Shown here piece by piece: positions 62,981 through 64,000 of a stretch of DNA of 64,000 nucleotides. The position numbers and the translations under genes were made by a program. The notes under the pieces are model-generated. The model saw only the letters and a program-made list of their open reading frames with translations, was not told the DNA's origin and searched no databases. Numbering within the stretch: position 1 is the first letter of the stretch; each line of letters starts with the position of its first letter. The DNA is from Phoronis australis (taxonomy: Eukaryota; Animalia; Phoronida), in NCBI GenBank assembly GCA_002633005.1, contig NMRA01000172.1, forward strand, positions 709,950 to 773,949, given 5' to 3'.

Positions 62981-63118
62981 GTGATTGATGAGCTGCTTAC
63001 CTATGATGCTCACGCCAACTCATCGTTCGGCCATACCTGGTATTTACCTGACCAGAAACAGAAGAGAGTCTACTACCCATCACCCACGTACGCGCCTGAT
63101 GCCAACAAAACATTTGCA
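62981..63118 (+). CDS. Next exon of the Mcr/CD109-like gene
   Basis: TACAG acceptor and GTAAGT donor, 138 nt phase 0; YDAHANSSFGHTWY...VYYPSPTYAPDANKTF resembles Mcr FDEQTNGTYKHIWY...VYFPASSFGVDANRTF. Confidence 0.87.
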
Positions 63119-63527
63119 GTAAGTTCATACTTTGACAACGTTGAACTCAATTTTAATCATTTGTGGTGTATTTAGTTGATAACGGTTTGCTGAACTTAGC
63201 TGGAGTTTTGAGGGTGGTGCTTTTATTTTGCTGTTATGGTGAAGGACCTGAAGTTACATCCCCCAATCTCTCTTTGAAAGATTCTGGAAAAATGTGTTTC
63301 CAGTTGAAATTTTTTAATTCAGACTTTTCGTGTTCTTTACATTTTACAATGAAATGCTTTGGATTGTTTTGATTTTTTGGTTATTTGCAATTTTCTCCTT
63401 GTCAATTAGTTTCCAAATACTAGGTTATATGTTTTTATTATACTGTCTGACTAATAAATTTTGTAAGTCTTAAACCGGCATGAAAATATAGATCACTATC
63501 ATTAGTGTGATCTGCATGCCACCTATT

Positions 63528-63588
63528 GAGTAGAACCCAGGACCCTCTGCTGACCGTGCTGATGCTCTAGTCCTCTGAGTCATCTGGT
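63528..63588 (-). mobile_element. Decayed tRNA-derived SINE head
   Basis: Minus strand has A-box-like TGACTCAGAGG and B-box-like GGGTTCTACTC at tRNA-like spacing. Confidence 0.45.
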
Positions 63589-64000
63589 GTATATGAATAT
63601 GCAAATCTTAAACTGGCATTTGAGTCCTGGTCGGAGCAGAAACTTTTTCAGACTTCTATCTATTCATTAGGTCACGTGATTTGGCCAATAGGTGGCGTGC
63701 AGACCAGACTGAAAAAATTAATGTTTGAGATCTACAATATATTGTCATTTCATAGAGTGTATCTTGTATCTTTATTTTAATTGCCAGATGTACTTTTTTT
63801 AGAATTTTTGCATTATGGTTTTTGATACGTCTTCAAATATTTATTCAGACAAATGTATAGTACGCACAATCCTTGTCTATTTTATTTTTGAATAGTTGTA
63901 ATAGAAATGGATATTTGTTTACTCAGAACGCATTCCAAAATAATATGAGATTTTCACAAAGTCTCAAAAATTTTTTTCACTCAATTCAATTGAAAGTGGG

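Overview
Eukaryotic, AT-rich, repeat-dense invertebrate genomic DNA (probably a lophotrochozoan or other protostome; this is an inference), with spliceosomal introns and one 364-nt N gap. Host genes: (i) an intact single-coding-exon 884-aa somatomedin-B/Cys-rich Methuselah-like family-B GPCR (6906-9560, +); (ii) the 3' exons of a coiled-coil gene with a CEP290-like C-terminus on the minus strand (32586-36589, one apparent 1-nt frameshift); (iii) two internal exons of a macroglobulin-complement-related (Mcr/TEP6/CD109-like) gene (62137-63118, +). Between them, and not visible in the ORF track, are several heavily decayed same-strand paralogues of the GPCR, consistent with a birth-and-death receptor array. 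The rest is a layered set of transposon remnants: two inverted Polinton/Maverick protein-primed polB fragments with a VSR-like insert and a shared motif-A frameshift, separated by a hairpin satellite whose last loop is inverted; ISL2EU (DDE + YqaJ); Penelope with inverted pLTR and a degenerate hammerhead motif; Sola3; Academ split by a CR1/L2-type LINE; RTEX; a young Harbinger family; and several MITEs and minisatellites. All family assignments come from by-eye translation and remembered motifs, not database searches, and boundaries of decayed elements are approximate. I found no convincing novel functional system; the best leads are the GPCR array (possibly nested in an Mcr intron) and the Polinton/hairpin structure.
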